From the IMG/VR virus record IMGVR_UViG_3300032135_000002: a DNA stretch of 64,000 nt. One strand, 5' to 3'. The notes under the pieces were generated by a model, which saw nothing but the letters and a program-made list of their open reading frames with translations, was not told the origin of the DNA and did no database searches. This document shows positions 19,693 through 30,586 of the stretch, piece by piece (the stretch's first letter is position 1; the number at the start of each line of letters is the position of its first letter). The position numbers were made by a program, and so were the translations under genes. Source of the DNA: an uncultured virus (IMG/VR IMGVR_UViG_3300032135_000002). Taxonomy: Duplodnaviria > Heunggongvirae > Uroviricota > Caudoviricetes.

Positions 19693-22656
19693 ATGGCGAC
19701 GTTAGACGAGATAATGGCACAGAGGTCATCAATGAGCTTGGCTGCTCCTGTTCTTGCTCCTGTACCTAAAACAAAGCTTCAAGAAAAGAAAGACAGGCTT
19801 TTTGGAGCACCAGAAGTACCTACTATTTCAGAAGATTCAGGTAACGGCCTTGAATCTTTGATGAATGGTGGCAATTCAAACAGAACACCAGGCTTGGGTG
19901 ACCGATTTGAGTCTAGCCTTTATAAGTCTGGTGGCAGTCTTGCCGACATGGGTAAGAGCATTTCCAATTCTATGTTTGATACCCAGTTTGACGATTCAGT
20001 AGAAACAGGCTGGAGCCGCCAATCTGACCCTGAGAACCGTCAAGCATCGGCAGCTGATGAAATGGCAGGGGTAAGTTTTGATCAGCGTCAGGCTGTTAAC
20101 CAGGATCTGCAAGGTGTTATGAACACCTATGTAGAAGACGGTTTACTTCCAGCGTTTGGTAAAGCTATACCTGAAGCATTTGGTGTTATAGCGGATTCAG
20201 GCTCATCTCTTGTAGAAATGGCTGCAGGTGCACTTGCGGCTCCTATTGGTGGTGCTGGTGTAGCACTGTTGGCCAAAAAAGCCAAAAACACTTTTGACCT
20301 TATTGGTAAAATTGATGATTCTTACGACAAGGCAAAAGAATCCATCAAAGCGGTAAAATTTGCAAAAGATTTGGCAGGTACCGTAGCAAAAAAATCTACA
20401 CAGGCCAGTGTTTTAACAGCCGACCTGGTTCAACAAACCAAAGTTGAGTACGAGCAAGAAACCGGCGAAAAGATGAGCCCTCAAAGGCTTGCCGGAACAA
20501 CTGTGGCTATTTTGGCCACGTCTGCTATGCAGATTCAAAGTGTTAAAATGCTCTATTTGCCAGGATCAAAAAGTTTTGTTGGTAATACTGTAAAACAAAA
20601 ATTCACCAACGAAATGAAACAGATGTCCAAGTACCTGGATCAAGGTGCTGTTAAATCTATCGCTAAAAGAATTGGTGGTGGTTTAGGAGCAGTATTTGTA
20701 GCAGGTGGTGCAGAAGCTGTTCAGGAGTACTCTCAAACCTGGGCTCAGATTCTAAGTGTGCACATGGACCCAGAAGAAGCTGGTGGGCTTTTTGCTTCAG
20801 CGTATAAAGAGCTTAATGACCAAGACAATCAGAATGAGGCTGACGTAGCCGCTATTCTCGGCGCAGTAGCTGGTGGTGGTATCAAATCTACTCTATCAGC
20901 GCCTGGATTAGCGGTTGGTGCAGTAGCTGACGTAGCTGTAGCAACGGGTGACAAGATCGTTAAAAGCTCTTACAACGCTGCCCGTGACAGGCTAAACCCT
21001 GCAGACCAGGAAGCTGACATTGAAGAGCGTAAAAACCTACGTGCAGCAGCTCAAGAGATTCAAACAGAATCTGCAAGAAAAGTATCTGTAGTAGCTGACT
21101 CAGGAAATTTTCAAAACGTTACTGACGAAGCTGTTAAAGCTGAAATGGTTAGAGTAGCTGCAGGTAGAGATTTGTCAGATCCGAAAGTATTTGAGTCTGT
21201 GTCTAACAAACTTGTACGTTCTTATAAAAAAGACAGTGTTAACGCCCTTACTGAAGAAAAGCTTCAAAACGGTTTTATAGCAGGAAGGAAAGTTGTAAAG
21301 CGTGTAGGTGATGACTTTGCAAAAATCCTGGATCTTGCTCCAGAAGAAATTGAGGCTGTAAAAAATTACGTAGTCAGCAAAGTAGAATCTACCAAAGAGT
21401 TTGGTCAAGCCTTTGCAGATGACATTAAGAATTTTAAGTCTTCTGCAACGTTAGGCGTAGCCGAAGCAGCTGTAGATTTCATATCGGAATCCGTAGAGGA
21501 AAACACCAAAAAAGGTGTTAAGTACGCAAACAGCAAAGAGTCTGTGCAGAAACTTAAAGGTCGTTTGGAATCACTCAACTCGGTCAGTGCAGCCAGGTCT
21601 CTGGCAACATCGTTAGAAACTAACTCTCCTGACAACAGCAAAAATGCTGTCAGAGAAATTAGAAGCTGGGCTGATCAGAAAGAAAAAGATCAAAAGCGGG
21701 TAAACCTCAAAAACGATTCTGCCCTAACTTACGATAATCTTGGTGACAGCGTAAAAGAAGCCAGCCAAGCAGGGGCTACTGTAACCAACCCAAGAGCCTT
21801 GAGCATAGAACTGTCCAATGCCAGAAAAGGCAGCATAGAGGACATGGAAACTCTGCAGTCCCTGGAAAACGCTCTTGAAAACTACAAGAAAACGGATTTT
21901 AGTAAAACGGGTGAAGCTACCCTGAGTGAAACTGCCGTTAAAAACATCGCCAGAAAGCTTTCCAAGGCACGGACAGAGCTTGAATCCAGACCCGATGCGT
22001 CTGTAACAAGTAAGGTAAAAGCCGCTGCTAGTACAGTTACAGGAGCCGCTAGCAAGGCAACTGCCTGGGCTAAGCCAGCTACTGACAAACTGAAAAGTAT
22101 GGGCATTACCACAGTAGATAAGCTGATTGATCGTGTCACCAACGAAGACGTTTTTGTATCAGAAGACACTGATGTACAAAGAGCTGCAATATCAGGAATT
22201 AATAAAGTTATAAAAAATATTCTTGAAAGCGAAGAAGGTAAAAGTGGCGATAACGTAGATCAAGAAGCTTTGCTCCAATCAAAAACAGCCATAATAGTTG
22301 GAGAAGATGGAGTTTTTGCAAAAAAGACTATAAAAGGACTTTCAAAGGTTTTCAAAACAAGTAACCCAGATTACTTGATAGCTGTCATGGAAAGAATATT
22401 CCCAGCTGTAAGAGAACCTTCTTTAGAAAAGATTCTACGTGACCGTATGTCAGAAGTGCTTAAAGATTCTGCTGAGCCTAACACTGAGCCAACACGGCAA
22501 AGAAAGAAGAGTGCTAACGAATCCGACACCAACAATCAAGATGATTCTGATGTTGTTATAGAAGAAGACGGTGCTGTTTTTAGATCTGCTCCTAACATGT
22601 CTAAAGTTAATGCTAAGATGGTAGAAATTCTGGGCAACCACATTTGTAAGGTCTAA
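19693..22656 (+). CDS. Ejection protein, likely the N-terminal part of a split virion RNA polymerase
   Basis: 987 aa, Ala/Gly-rich hydrophobic segments, GGAEAVQEYSQ motif. Size matches the roughly 1000-aa N-domain of N4 vRNAP. Single Cys at residue 985. Confidence 0.65.
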   Translation: MATLDEIMAQRSSMSLAAPVLAPVPKTKLQEKKDRLFGAPEVPTISEDSGNGLESLMNGGNSNRTPGLGDRFESSLYKSGGSLADMGKSISNSMFDTQFDDSVETGWSRQSDPENRQASAADEMAGVSFDQRQAVNQDLQGVMNTYVEDGLLPAFGKAIPEAFGVIADSGSSLVEMAAGALAAPIGGAGVALLAKKAKNTFDLIGKIDDSYDKAKESIKAVKFAKDLAGTVAKKSTQASVLTADLVQQTKVEYEQETGEKMSPQRLAGTTVAILATSAMQIQSVKMLYLPGSKSFVGNTVKQKFTNEMKQMSKYLDQGAVKSIAKRIGGGLGAVFVAGGAEAVQEYSQTWAQILSVHMDPEEAGGLFASAYKELNDQDNQNEADVAAILGAVAGGGIKSTLSAPGLAVGAVADVAVATGDKIVKSSYNAARDRLNPADQEADIEERKNLRAAAQEIQTESARKVSVVADSGNFQNVTDEAVKAEMVRVAAGRDLSDPKVFESVSNKLVRSYKKDSVNALTEEKLQNGFIAGRKVVKRVGDDFAKILDLAPEEIEAVKNYVVSKVESTKEFGQAFADDIKNFKSSATLGVAEAAVDFISESVEENTKKGVKYANSKESVQKLKGRLESLNSVSAARSLATSLETNSPDNSKNAVREIRSWADQKEKDQKRVNLKNDSALTYDNLGDSVKEASQAGATVTNPRALSIELSNARKGSIEDMETLQSLENALENYKKTDFSKTGEATLSETAVKNIARKLSKARTELESRPDASVTSKVKAAASTVTGAASKATAWAKPATDKLKSMGITTVDKLIDRVTNEDVFVSEDTDVQRAAISGINKVIKNILESEEGKSGDNVDQEALLQSKTAIIVGEDGVFAKKTIKGLSKVFKTSNPDYLIAVMERIFPAVREPSLEKILRDRMSEVLKDSAEPNTEPTRQRKKSANESDTNNQDDSDVVIEEDGAVFRSAPNMSKVNAKMVEILGNHICKV

Positions 22657-22658
22657 AA

Positions 22659-25600
22659 ATGGCAAATTGCATAAGCATTGAAGATTATCTTGATACGTTG
22701 AGAGAGATTGCCCAAGAGGTAGAAATAAACCAACTTGGTGACCAAGATACTCGTGTAAACGTTTGGAACATCTCTGATACTGACGTAGCTAATATGTTAG
22801 AAAACTACCGAGTGCCTCAGTCAGTAAGTTCCCAATCTGATCGTTTAACCAGAAAATTGGAAGGCGCATTAGCCGGTATTTCACCAACTCACAAGCAAAA
22901 AGTAAAAACTCTTGTTGATAGGCTTAAAAGTAAAAGTTCTTTGGGAGAAAGCAGCGATAAATCTGCACGCTCTCAAATGGTCGCTTTGAAAGAAATTATT
23001 TCTTCTATTGCAGGTGAAGTAAATAAAGCAAGCAACATGAGAGTGCCGCTTACTGTAATAAGTCCTGGCAGTGTGCCTAACATTCCTATGGCAAGATTGG
23101 CTGCTATGATCGGTCGTAAAGTCCTGTACCAAAATGGGTACAGGTCTACCGGCTTGGGTGAAGAAAACAGCGCAGCTAAAGCTGAGCACATGTATTACCT
23201 GGTGGGCGAAAGGATTCTTGAATCTTTACAAGATGGTGGTTTTGTAAAAATTAACGAAGCTAACAGCGGTCAATCTACGCTTATTGATTACATTGATGGT
23301 GATAAAAAAAGAATGCCTCGTGGTCCTGATGCCCACACCACTAATATGAAGTCTGTAACGTTAATTCCAAAATCTCTTGACCTTTCTACAAAAGAAGGCA
23401 GTGCTGATTTAGATACGATTCTAGGCAAAACATCCGAACAATCTGATAGCGTATTTGGATCTTACCTAAAAATGATTGATGCAGTGTCTTATGTCACTGT
23501 TCCGGAAACAATCATTTTTCCAAAAACCGGATTCATGAGTTACGACCCTGACACATTCACTAAAAAAAGTTCGTACAAGGGCAATAAAGAATTATTGAAA
23601 TCGGTTAGAGAAATAGAAAGCAAACCGCTGTACATGAACAGTGACGTACATAGCTTGTTTGCCAACATTGCAAAAGAAACAGAGAATATTAGTAAAAGTG
23701 CCTCATCTTGGATAAACAATAATTTAGACGCTCTGTCACTAAGCAAGCTGTTTAACATGGAACAGAGTAATGATATTGAGTCAGATAAAGCCAGTAATAT
23801 GGGCAGAAATCTTTCTAAGTCTACGCCTATAGATGACGTAGTTGAGTACTTTTCAAAGTTTAAAGATAACCCTGCACTGTTCTTCAAAATGTTCCTGGGA
23901 CGCAATGCCAGGGCTTACATGGAGAACTCAGTACTTAACCCGCAGACTTCCAAAAGCATGAGATTTGCTATGGAAGTTGAACCCTATGCTATGGAAGTTG
24001 GATCAGACGTTTATAAGTACTACGTAGATAAGGTAGCCAGATCTACTCTGCCTAAAGGCAAAGACGGTACCGTACCTGCTCAAACACTGCTTAAAGAAGA
24101 CATGAGCAGTGAGCCTATGGGTGCTGAAATTCAAAAAGCTTTGAACGCTTACAACAAATACAGTGAAGCAAGAAGTGCTAACAGTCAGCTAACCGCTTTG
24201 AGGGCAATGAGCAATTCCGGTCTAAAATTTGAAAACTTTTCTGATCTTTTATCTTCTGTAAAAGCGATTAAAGGCATTCGTGAAAGTCTTGATTCCAAGC
24301 GGATAACGTCTACCTACATGGTATCCAGTGACGCTACCGGTTCGGGTGGTTTGTTAACACTGTTGCAAGCTATTGGTTCTACACAGGAAGAAGACATTAC
24401 CAAAGTCTTGAAAAGTTTGGGTGTGTTTAAAAGTAACGAAGAACAGGATCTCGCAGAAGTTAAAGACATATACGGCATTCTTACAAACGCTTTACAGCCG
24501 TTTTTAGATGAAGAACCGGATAGTGATGGTATCTACGAGCTTTCATTAGATCGGAAGCTTAATGAAGAAACCGTTAGGTCTGTTTTAACATCGGTCAAAG
24601 ACGATCTATTTGACGGGGATTTTCGAGAACTCTCCAAGTCACCAACGATGACATTCATCTACGACCAGTCTGAAGATGGGGCCGTAGAATCTATGGCAGA
24701 AACTTTTACTGAAAAACTTTTAGGTAAGCTCAGAAACAACAATGCTGTTAGTCCGGAGCTAATTAAACTTCTTAATGATCTTTTACCTACAAAGGTAACT
24801 ACTCAAAAAGATGTCAATGATTTGAAAAAAACCGATAAAAAGTTAAAAGCGTCACTGGAACAAGGATTTATAAATTCCGGAGTTGGTAATTTTTTGTACG
24901 ATGCTTTGGGTACGACTGTTAGAAGAAAGTATTTGGACAACCACAAATCTATGGCTAAAAGGGTATTTAACCTTATTAGCCAAAACGTAGGTGATCCACA
25001 GTTCAAAGTGATGCCTGCAGCCTGGGTAGTTGAACGGGCTGAGTCAGGTGGAAGCATTGAACCTACACTAGCAGAGTTGAGGGAATACGGCGTACCGTTG
25101 ACCAAACTTTATGATGTTGCTCGTGAGGTTGACGGTGGTGACGTTGTTTTGACCCGTGAAGACCGTCTTGCAGAAACTGTAATGAACACTTCGATGATCC
25201 ACACAGCCGATACTGCAGCTATGTTTGGAAGCCTTAAGGGGCTACCTACGAAGCACAATACCGGAGTCATAACGGTACACGATGCGTACTTCTCCAACGC
25301 CCATTTGGTCATGGAGAACGACTCAAAATACATAGCAGAGACTCTGAAAGTTGCTCAGCATTTTGATATCCAAGAGCAGGTTATGTTAGCTATTAAAGCT
25401 TTTTCAGGTAAAAAAACTGACGAAGATAAGTCTTTTGATGGTATACTTGAGTTTACCAGAAAGCGTAAAGCTACCAAACAACAGGCTCTAAAGGACAACT
25501 TTGATGCAGAAACGAATAGTGTTATTGGCGACGGAAATGGCTATCGAAATCTTGAAGTCTCAGGTGTCAAAGCAAAAGAGGCAACACCCAGAACTACAAA

Positions 25601-28600
25601 GCAAAAAATCGAAGGAACGCAAAGCACGAATAGCAGCCCGAAAGTTAGTCCAAAAAGACAGGTAAGTAACCGTGATGCTGCTACGCAGAGAGCTTTGGAA
25701 AAGCTTTCTGCTAAGTCACCTATCATTGCGGGATTCCTGAAAAGCACTAACAAGTCGGCAGTAGTTAAAGGCACAGTAGATTCTTTCCAGTCAGATACCG
25801 ACACAATCACCATTTCTGACACTGCAACCATAGCTGACATTGAACACGAAATTGTTCACAGCTACACCGTTGGCATGATCGAAAAAACGTTTGAAGCGGA
25901 TAAAAATTCTGAGTTTGTTGAACAGGTTGAACTGATAACAGGCAAAGGTAGCTTCAATCAAAATCTTCGTGACATGAAGTACATCCAGAAAGCGTTAGCT
26001 AAAATTGATGCAAGCAAGCTTTCCGGAGAAACCAAAAACCGGATTGTTTACGCCAAAAACCAGGCTAATGAAAAAACAGCTTTGGGTGAGTTTGTCTCCA
26101 TAATGAGCACTGAACCTTCAGTAGCTAAAGAGGTTTATAAGCAATTTGGATCTGGCAACACCTTAAAAGGAATTATTGGCCGAGTTGTTAAGAGCATCCA
26201 AAGGATTTTAAAAAGTCCTACAGCTGCGGATCTAAGCATGGACACAGTAGATGCTGAGATTCTGTACAGTTCTATAAACGGTCTCATCGAAGGTGGTAAG
26301 TCGATGAGGGAAAATTCTTACGAGCAAAATTTGCAACTACAAAAGGAATTTGGTGAAGACCTATATTCTGGGTCTCGGGCAGGTGACTACGTAAAAAAGT
26401 CTCGTGATTACTTCGAGCTTTTAAACAGTTCAATGGCCAGGTCTATAAATGATCCAGCGGTACGAAAAATAGGATCTTGGACAGCATCTCTGGATGGGAT
26501 TGTGCGTGACAAGTTTCCTGTCTACAGTCAGGCAGCTGACTACATGAAAGGCATCTACGATGGATCTGAGGCGCTTCAGAGCTTGGTGCACAAAATCACC
26601 AACAGCAACATCAACAACGAAACCAAAAACGAAGTTCTGTCTACGTTTTCGAGGTTGAGGGCTGAGCGTAACGACCTGGTAAGCAGAGAGCTTCGTAAGT
26701 TTAAAAAACTTACTTTTAACATGACCGAAGGCCAACTCAGAAGCTATCGTGATTTCACTCAAAAAATGGCCATACAGGATTACTTTCTGCTTGCTGAGAC
26801 CGTTACCGATATCGATGCCAAAGTAGATGAGCTAAAAGCATCTTTAAAGTCAGACGCAACTAACAAGTTAGATACCATTGTAAAAATGAACGTTGATGGT
26901 GAGATTACCAGCAAGACTTACTACAACGTCAAACAGATCATGGGTTCAGCAGGTGATAACCAAAACAACGCCAGGGCTTACGTAGCTTTGCGATCAATTC
27001 AGGAATTGGGACAAGATCGGTTCACTGAATTTTTGGGCAACACTGAGCTTTTGACGCTTATCAAAGACACTGTATTGGCTAACGAGTCTCTGACTTTTGA
27101 AGGTGGAATTAATACTTCCAAACTTCGAGACAACGGCCTGGCTGAAAATTTTGAAACTCCCATCGTGAAACGGGCAGTTCATCCTAATGATATGCGGTTT
27201 ATGGCCAAGTACGAAAAGGATGGCTGGAAGCGTTTAAAAACCTCAGGTGATGAAAACCAGCCAGTCATATTGTACAAGTCTGAAATTGATCAGACGTATC
27301 AAGAAGGTGTGTTTACAGACATTCGTACACAGACTGCAGACATACCTGTTACAGAGGCTTTCAAGTCGTTTAACAACGTGGTTAAGACAGCTGATGGAAG
27401 CTACGTCATGGTCCTGAGTGAAGACCAGAGACATAAGCTAGGGGCCAGTAAGGACCCAAGCCAGAGCCTGGTCAGAACAATGGCACATAATATGACCATG
27501 AAAGAGTCAGAAATTATCAGGAATAAGTTACTGGAGAAAGAGACCTATTGGGATTTGAAATCTAAGGATACCGACAGCTTGAAAAGGTTGGTTAAAGATC
27601 CCAGTCGAGATAACCCTTGGTTCTTGGGATCAACTAACGATTTTGATATGTCTAAGCACCCAGAGTTGCTGAAGCACTACACACCCGTTACAAAAAGTCT
27701 TTCTGACCACAATCGGTTTGATGAAAAAATTCAGTACGTCAGAAAAGACATTGGCTACTGGTTGATCGGTGCCTCAGAACGGTCTGTGGTACGTGATCCT
27801 AAACTACAGTGGGCGTTGAGAATTACCAAAAACATCGTATCCGGAATGAAGATAGGCTTGATTGCGCTGAACCCTGTCAAGATTCTTAACGACAACGTAT
27901 CGAACATCACGTACCTGGGCATCAGAGGCGTAGATCCGGTGTTCCTGCAAAGGCAGTACCGAAAAATCAGCACTGAGTTTAACGAGTACCACGGTATCCG
28001 TAACAGGTACATGGATCTGAAAGTACGAAGCTATTCAAATCCTGGTGACTATAAAGATCAGATGGATAAAATTCAGAAAGAACTTAAAAACCATCCCGCA
28101 AACGGGTTTATCGAAAGAGGGTTTTTAAATTCACTCGGATCAGAATTGATCATGAACACAGACGATCCCTCATCGGGATTCAAAAGCGATCTTGATGCTA
28201 TTCTAAAAAAGGTATTTCAAGACAATGAAGGTAAAAACAACTCAGTTGGAAGACTTCTCATTAAGAGTGCTAAGTGGAACGTAGGTTTAGAAGAACTTCT
28301 TGAAACTGTTAGTCCTGTGTTTGGACAGGTAGGGTCTACAAAAGAAGTTGAAAAATCGATCAATGAAATAGCGGATCGTTGGAAAGACATTAAAACCAAG
28401 GAAGACGCAGTAGCGTACATGCACCAGTACCTAAACAGTCCGGACAGTGAGTTTGTTAAGCTGGGCAGTCACATGACGGATCTCAGTGACGTGATGGCTA
28501 AAGAAACGCTGTACCGTCATCTGATGGGCAATGGCATGAGCGCTAAAAAAGCAGAGTTGGAGGTTATTGATTCTTTTCCTGACTACAAAGAGGCAATGCC

Positions 28601-28865
28601 GGTTAAAGTTCGTCAGTTAAGCGATGTGGGCATTCTTATGTTTCCTTCGTATTGGCTGAGGATTCAGAAAACGATTTACCGGATGATCAAAGACCGTCCG
28701 GTAAGTTTCGGGATTGAAGAAGCTATAAACGAGTTGGTTGGTTTGGAAGGTTCTTCAATAGAAGACGCGAATATCATTTCCAAATTTAATTCTCATTTGG
28801 GTATATTCCACAACCCCTGGGCAGATCCGGGAGTCGGCAACATAGTACCGACTCACGTATTCTAA
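22659..28865 (+). CDS. Virion-encapsidated single-subunit RNA polymerase (catalytic and C-terminal part)
   Basis: Motif A SDATGSG, motif B RELSKSPTMTFIY, motif C VHDAY; HEIVH zincin motif; last gene of the virion operon as in N4. Confidence 0.88.
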   Translation: MANCISIEDYLDTLREIAQEVEINQLGDQDTRVNVWNISDTDVANMLENYRVPQSVSSQSDRLTRKLEGALAGISPTHKQKVKTLVDRLKSKSSLGESSDKSARSQMVALKEIISSIAGEVNKASNMRVPLTVISPGSVPNIPMARLAAMIGRKVLYQNGYRSTGLGEENSAAKAEHMYYLVGERILESLQDGGFVKINEANSGQSTLIDYIDGDKKRMPRGPDAHTTNMKSVTLIPKSLDLSTKEGSADLDTILGKTSEQSDSVFGSYLKMIDAVSYVTVPETIIFPKTGFMSYDPDTFTKKSSYKGNKELLKSVREIESKPLYMNSDVHSLFANIAKETENISKSASSWINNNLDALSLSKLFNMEQSNDIESDKASNMGRNLSKSTPIDDVVEYFSKFKDNPALFFKMFLGRNARAYMENSVLNPQTSKSMRFAMEVEPYAMEVGSDVYKYYVDKVARSTLPKGKDGTVPAQTLLKEDMSSEPMGAEIQKALNAYNKYSEARSANSQLTALRAMSNSGLKFENFSDLLSSVKAIKGIRESLDSKRITSTYMVSSDATGSGGLLTLLQAIGSTQEEDITKVLKSLGVFKSNEEQDLAEVKDIYGILTNALQPFLDEEPDSDGIYELSLDRKLNEETVRSVLTSVKDDLFDGDFRELSKSPTMTFIYDQSEDGAVESMAETFTEKLLGKLRNNNAVSPELIKLLNDLLPTKVTTQKDVNDLKKTDKKLKASLEQGFINSGVGNFLYDALGTTVRRKYLDNHKSMAKRVFNLISQNVGDPQFKVMPAAWVVERAESGGSIEPTLAELREYGVPLTKLYDVAREVDGGDVVLTREDRLAETVMNTSMIHTADTAAMFGSLKGLPTKHNTGVITVHDAYFSNAHLVMENDSKYIAETLKVAQHFDIQEQVMLAIKAFSGKKTDEDKSFDGILEFTRKRKATKQQALKDNFDAETNSVIGDGNGYRNLEVSGVKAKEATPRTTKQKIEGTQSTNSSPKVSPKRQVSNRDAATQRALEKLSAKSPIIAGFLKSTNKSAVVKGTVDSFQSDTDTITISDTATIADIEHEIVHSYTVGMIEKTFEADKNSEFVEQVELITGKGSFNQNLRDMKYIQKALAKIDASKLSGETKNRIVYAKNQANEKTALGEFVSIMSTEPSVAKEVYKQFGSGNTLKGIIGRVVKSIQRILKSPTAADLSMDTVDAEILYSSINGLIEGGKSMRENSYEQNLQLQKEFGEDLYSGSRAGDYVKKSRDYFELLNSSMARSINDPAVRKIGSWTASLDGIVRDKFPVYSQAADYMKGIYDGSEALQSLVHKITNSNINNETKNEVLSTFSRLRAERNDLVSRELRKFKKLTFNMTEGQLRSYRDFTQKMAIQDYFLLAETVTDIDAKVDELKASLKSDATNKLDTIVKMNVDGEITSKTYYNVKQIMGSAGDNQNNARAYVALRSIQELGQDRFTEFLGNTELLTLIKDTVLANESLTFEGGINTSKLRDNGLAENFETPIVKRAVHPNDMRFMAKYEKDGWKRLKTSGDENQPVILYKSEIDQTYQEGVFTDIRTQTADIPVTEAFKSFNNVVKTADGSYVMVLSEDQRHKLGASKDPSQSLVRTMAHNMTMKESEIIRNKLLEKETYWDLKSKDTDSLKRLVKDPSRDNPWFLGSTNDFDMSKHPELLKHYTPVTKSLSDHNRFDEKIQYVRKDIGYWLIGASERSVVRDPKLQWALRITKNIVSGMKIGLIALNPVKILNDNVSNITYLGIRGVDPVFLQRQYRKISTEFNEYHGIRNRYMDLKVRSYSNPGDYKDQMDKIQKELKNHPANGFIERGFLNSLGSELIMNTDDPSSGFKSDLDAILKKVFQDNEGKNNSVGRLLIKSAKWNVGLEELLETVSPVFGQVGSTKEVEKSINEIADRWKDIKTKEDAVAYMHQYLNSPDSEFVKLGSHMTDLSDVMAKETLYRHLMGNGMSAKKAELEVIDSFPDYKEAMPVKVRQLSDVGILMFPSYWLRIQKTIYRMIKDRPVSFGIEEAINELVGLEGSSIEDANIISKFNSHLGIFHNPWADPGVGNIVPTHVF

Positions 28866-28870
28866 AGAGA

Positions 28871-29563
28871 TTACTCTTTATCAGCACCAAAACGACGCTT
28901 ACCAAAAGCGGGTTTCTTGGCTGGTTCGGAAGACGAACCGGCTGAGGAACCTGCAGGTAGACCGTCTTTACGACCACCAGCAATCCAGGCTTGAATTGTT
29001 TCAGGTGTCAGGTCGTCTTTGTACGTGACGTTATCTACGTACTTCATTTCCTTTTCAAACGATTCACCAGCATCACTTTCGTTAACGATTTCTTCAGCAG
29101 AAGCGTTATCGGATTCGCGGAAGAAGGCTTTGATGACTTTCTTTTCCTGAATCTTACCGTTATAGACGGAGTACTCCATCTGAATACGCATGAGGATAGG
29201 AATATCAGCCAGGTCTTCAAGAATGGCAGCTTCTTTCATTGCCTCTTTTTTGCCAATTGGCAATTCAACTTCAATGGGATCAGAAACTTCATCCTTACCG
29301 GCAATGATCAGCAACTGGTTAAAGACTTTTGAACCAATCTTGTTATCGCTGCCGTCGTTATTGGTGATACGCAGGTTACCGTAGATAACTTGCTTCTGAC
29401 CTTTATGTTCAAGGTACATGTCAATGGAAGTAGACCCATTTTTCGACACGCTGACAATAGGTGCCAGAATCATTACAGGGTAAACGCCTGAAGCCGTGAT
29501 GTGGTTGCTACCACCTTGTTTAACGTCTTCGGCTTTCTTGGAAGATTTGAAAAAAGATGACAT
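28871..29563 (-). CDS. Single-stranded DNA-binding protein (N4 gp45-like)
   Basis: GG..ITASGVYPVMI N-terminus, flexible C-tail; converges on vRNAP and follows an AAA gene as in N4. Confidence 0.7.
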   Translation of the reverse strand: MSSFFKSSKKAEDVKQGGSNHITASGVYPVMILAPIVSVSKNGSTSIDMYLEHKGQKQVIYGNLRITNNDGSDNKIGSKVFNQLLIIAGKDEVSDPIEVELPIGKKEAMKEAAILEDLADIPILMRIQMEYSVYNGKIQEKKVIKAFFRESDNASAEEIVNESDAGESFEKEMKYVDNVTYKDDLTPETIQAWIAGGRKDGLPAGSSAGSSSEPAKKPAFGKRRFGADKE

Positions 29564-29658
29564 ATTTTTACCTCTCAGAGATTTGGGGTGTCACCCCCTG
29601 GTTTTGGGTAATTATTTACCCTCGTTTGGTTTTTACTTTACTAATATCTAATTACTGA

Positions 29659-30324
29659 TTACAGAGACCAAGCCTTTGCTTCGTTCTGTCTTTCTCGAAG
29701 CATTACAATATGGTCTTGAAGATTAAAATCTTCAATAGGCATATTTTCAGGAAGGCTTTTTGTGGTAGTCCTTGAAGCCATTTTTGAATTTCTGAAATGA
29801 ACTATTCGGCTTTTACCTCGAAGCTCAACGAAAATAGCTTCGTCCACTTCAGACAGGATTCCACCTTTCTTGCCGTAGCTTCCACCAGCGTTTACCAGGG
29901 AGTAGCCAGAAACGTCTTCGTTATAAAGAGCGTGAGACACCAAAACAATATTGAAGTTTGGAACCATGTCACGTTCGATAAAATCGACTACTTTTTTAAT
30001 TTCCGTGTTCACCTTGCCGTATGGAAAAGACTTAACTTGCTCAAGAACATAACCTTCAATATCCAAAAGGATTTTTGAGATTGAGTCTATGGCAATGGTC
30101 TTAGGCAAAGCACCCATTTTCTTTTCGTAAGCTTCAACTTTTTCTACAATCAGGTTGATCAACTCTTCAGCTGATGTGAAATCAGGAACGTTTACGTGAG
30201 CTTGTGGAAATGGATATTGTTTACCATCCCTGGCAATTATCAACGCATCTTCAAGAGTTTGAAGAAGCGTGGTTTTACCAATGTTAGGCAAGCTTGATAC
30301 AAGTAATTTTACATTACTGGACAT
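29659..30324 (-). CDS. AAA_24/Sak4-like ATPase (N4 gp44-like)
   Basis: Walker A variant SLPNIGKTT, Walker B IAIDSIS, LVSH. Confidence 0.8.
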   Translation of the reverse strand: MSSNVKLLVSSLPNIGKTTLLQTLEDALIIARDGKQYPFPQAHVNVPDFTSAEELINLIVEKVEAYEKKMGALPKTIAIDSISKILLDIEGYVLEQVKSFPYGKVNTEIKKVVDFIERDMVPNFNIVLVSHALYNEDVSGYSLVNAGGSYGKKGGILSEVDEAIFVELRGKSRIVHFRNSKMASRTTTKSLPENMPIEDFNLQDHIVMLRERQNEAKAWSL

Positions 30325-30328
30325 TTTG

Positions 30329-30583
30329 TTAATCCCTACGTTTATTTGAATCTGAACCGGTACCTGACATGGATTTAGCTACAGAAAGGAACAGGCTAAC
30401 AAAAATACCTGCAGTGATTCCAATCAGCATTCCACCCATTGTACCGAAGAATAGTGCTGCCAATATTGCTGACACAACAATGTCAGTCTGCCAGTTAAAG
30501 CGCAGAAACTTTGGAAGTCCCATCTTTAACAGCAGAATGATAAAGCCCATAGCAGTTAGAAAACCCATTAGCAAAATTTCCAT
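30329..30583 (-). CDS. Small membrane protein
   Basis: Two or three hydrophobic helices and a charged C-terminus. Confidence 0.55.
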   Translation of the reverse strand: MEILLMGFLTAMGFIILLLKMGLPKFLRFNWQTDIVVSAILAALFFGTMGGMLIGITAGIFVSLFLSVAKSMSGTGSDSNKRRD

Positions 30584-30586
30584 AAC

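Noticed and set aside
22645..22661. Programmed frameshift fusing the two vRNAP ORFs
   Set aside because: The second frame has a stop at 22647-22649, leaving only about two codons for a shift. There is no slippery heptamer, and the downstream ATG has its own SD-like sequence.
30329..30583. Holin call
   Set aside because: It lies in the replication operon with no endolysin recognised in the window; left as a membrane protein.
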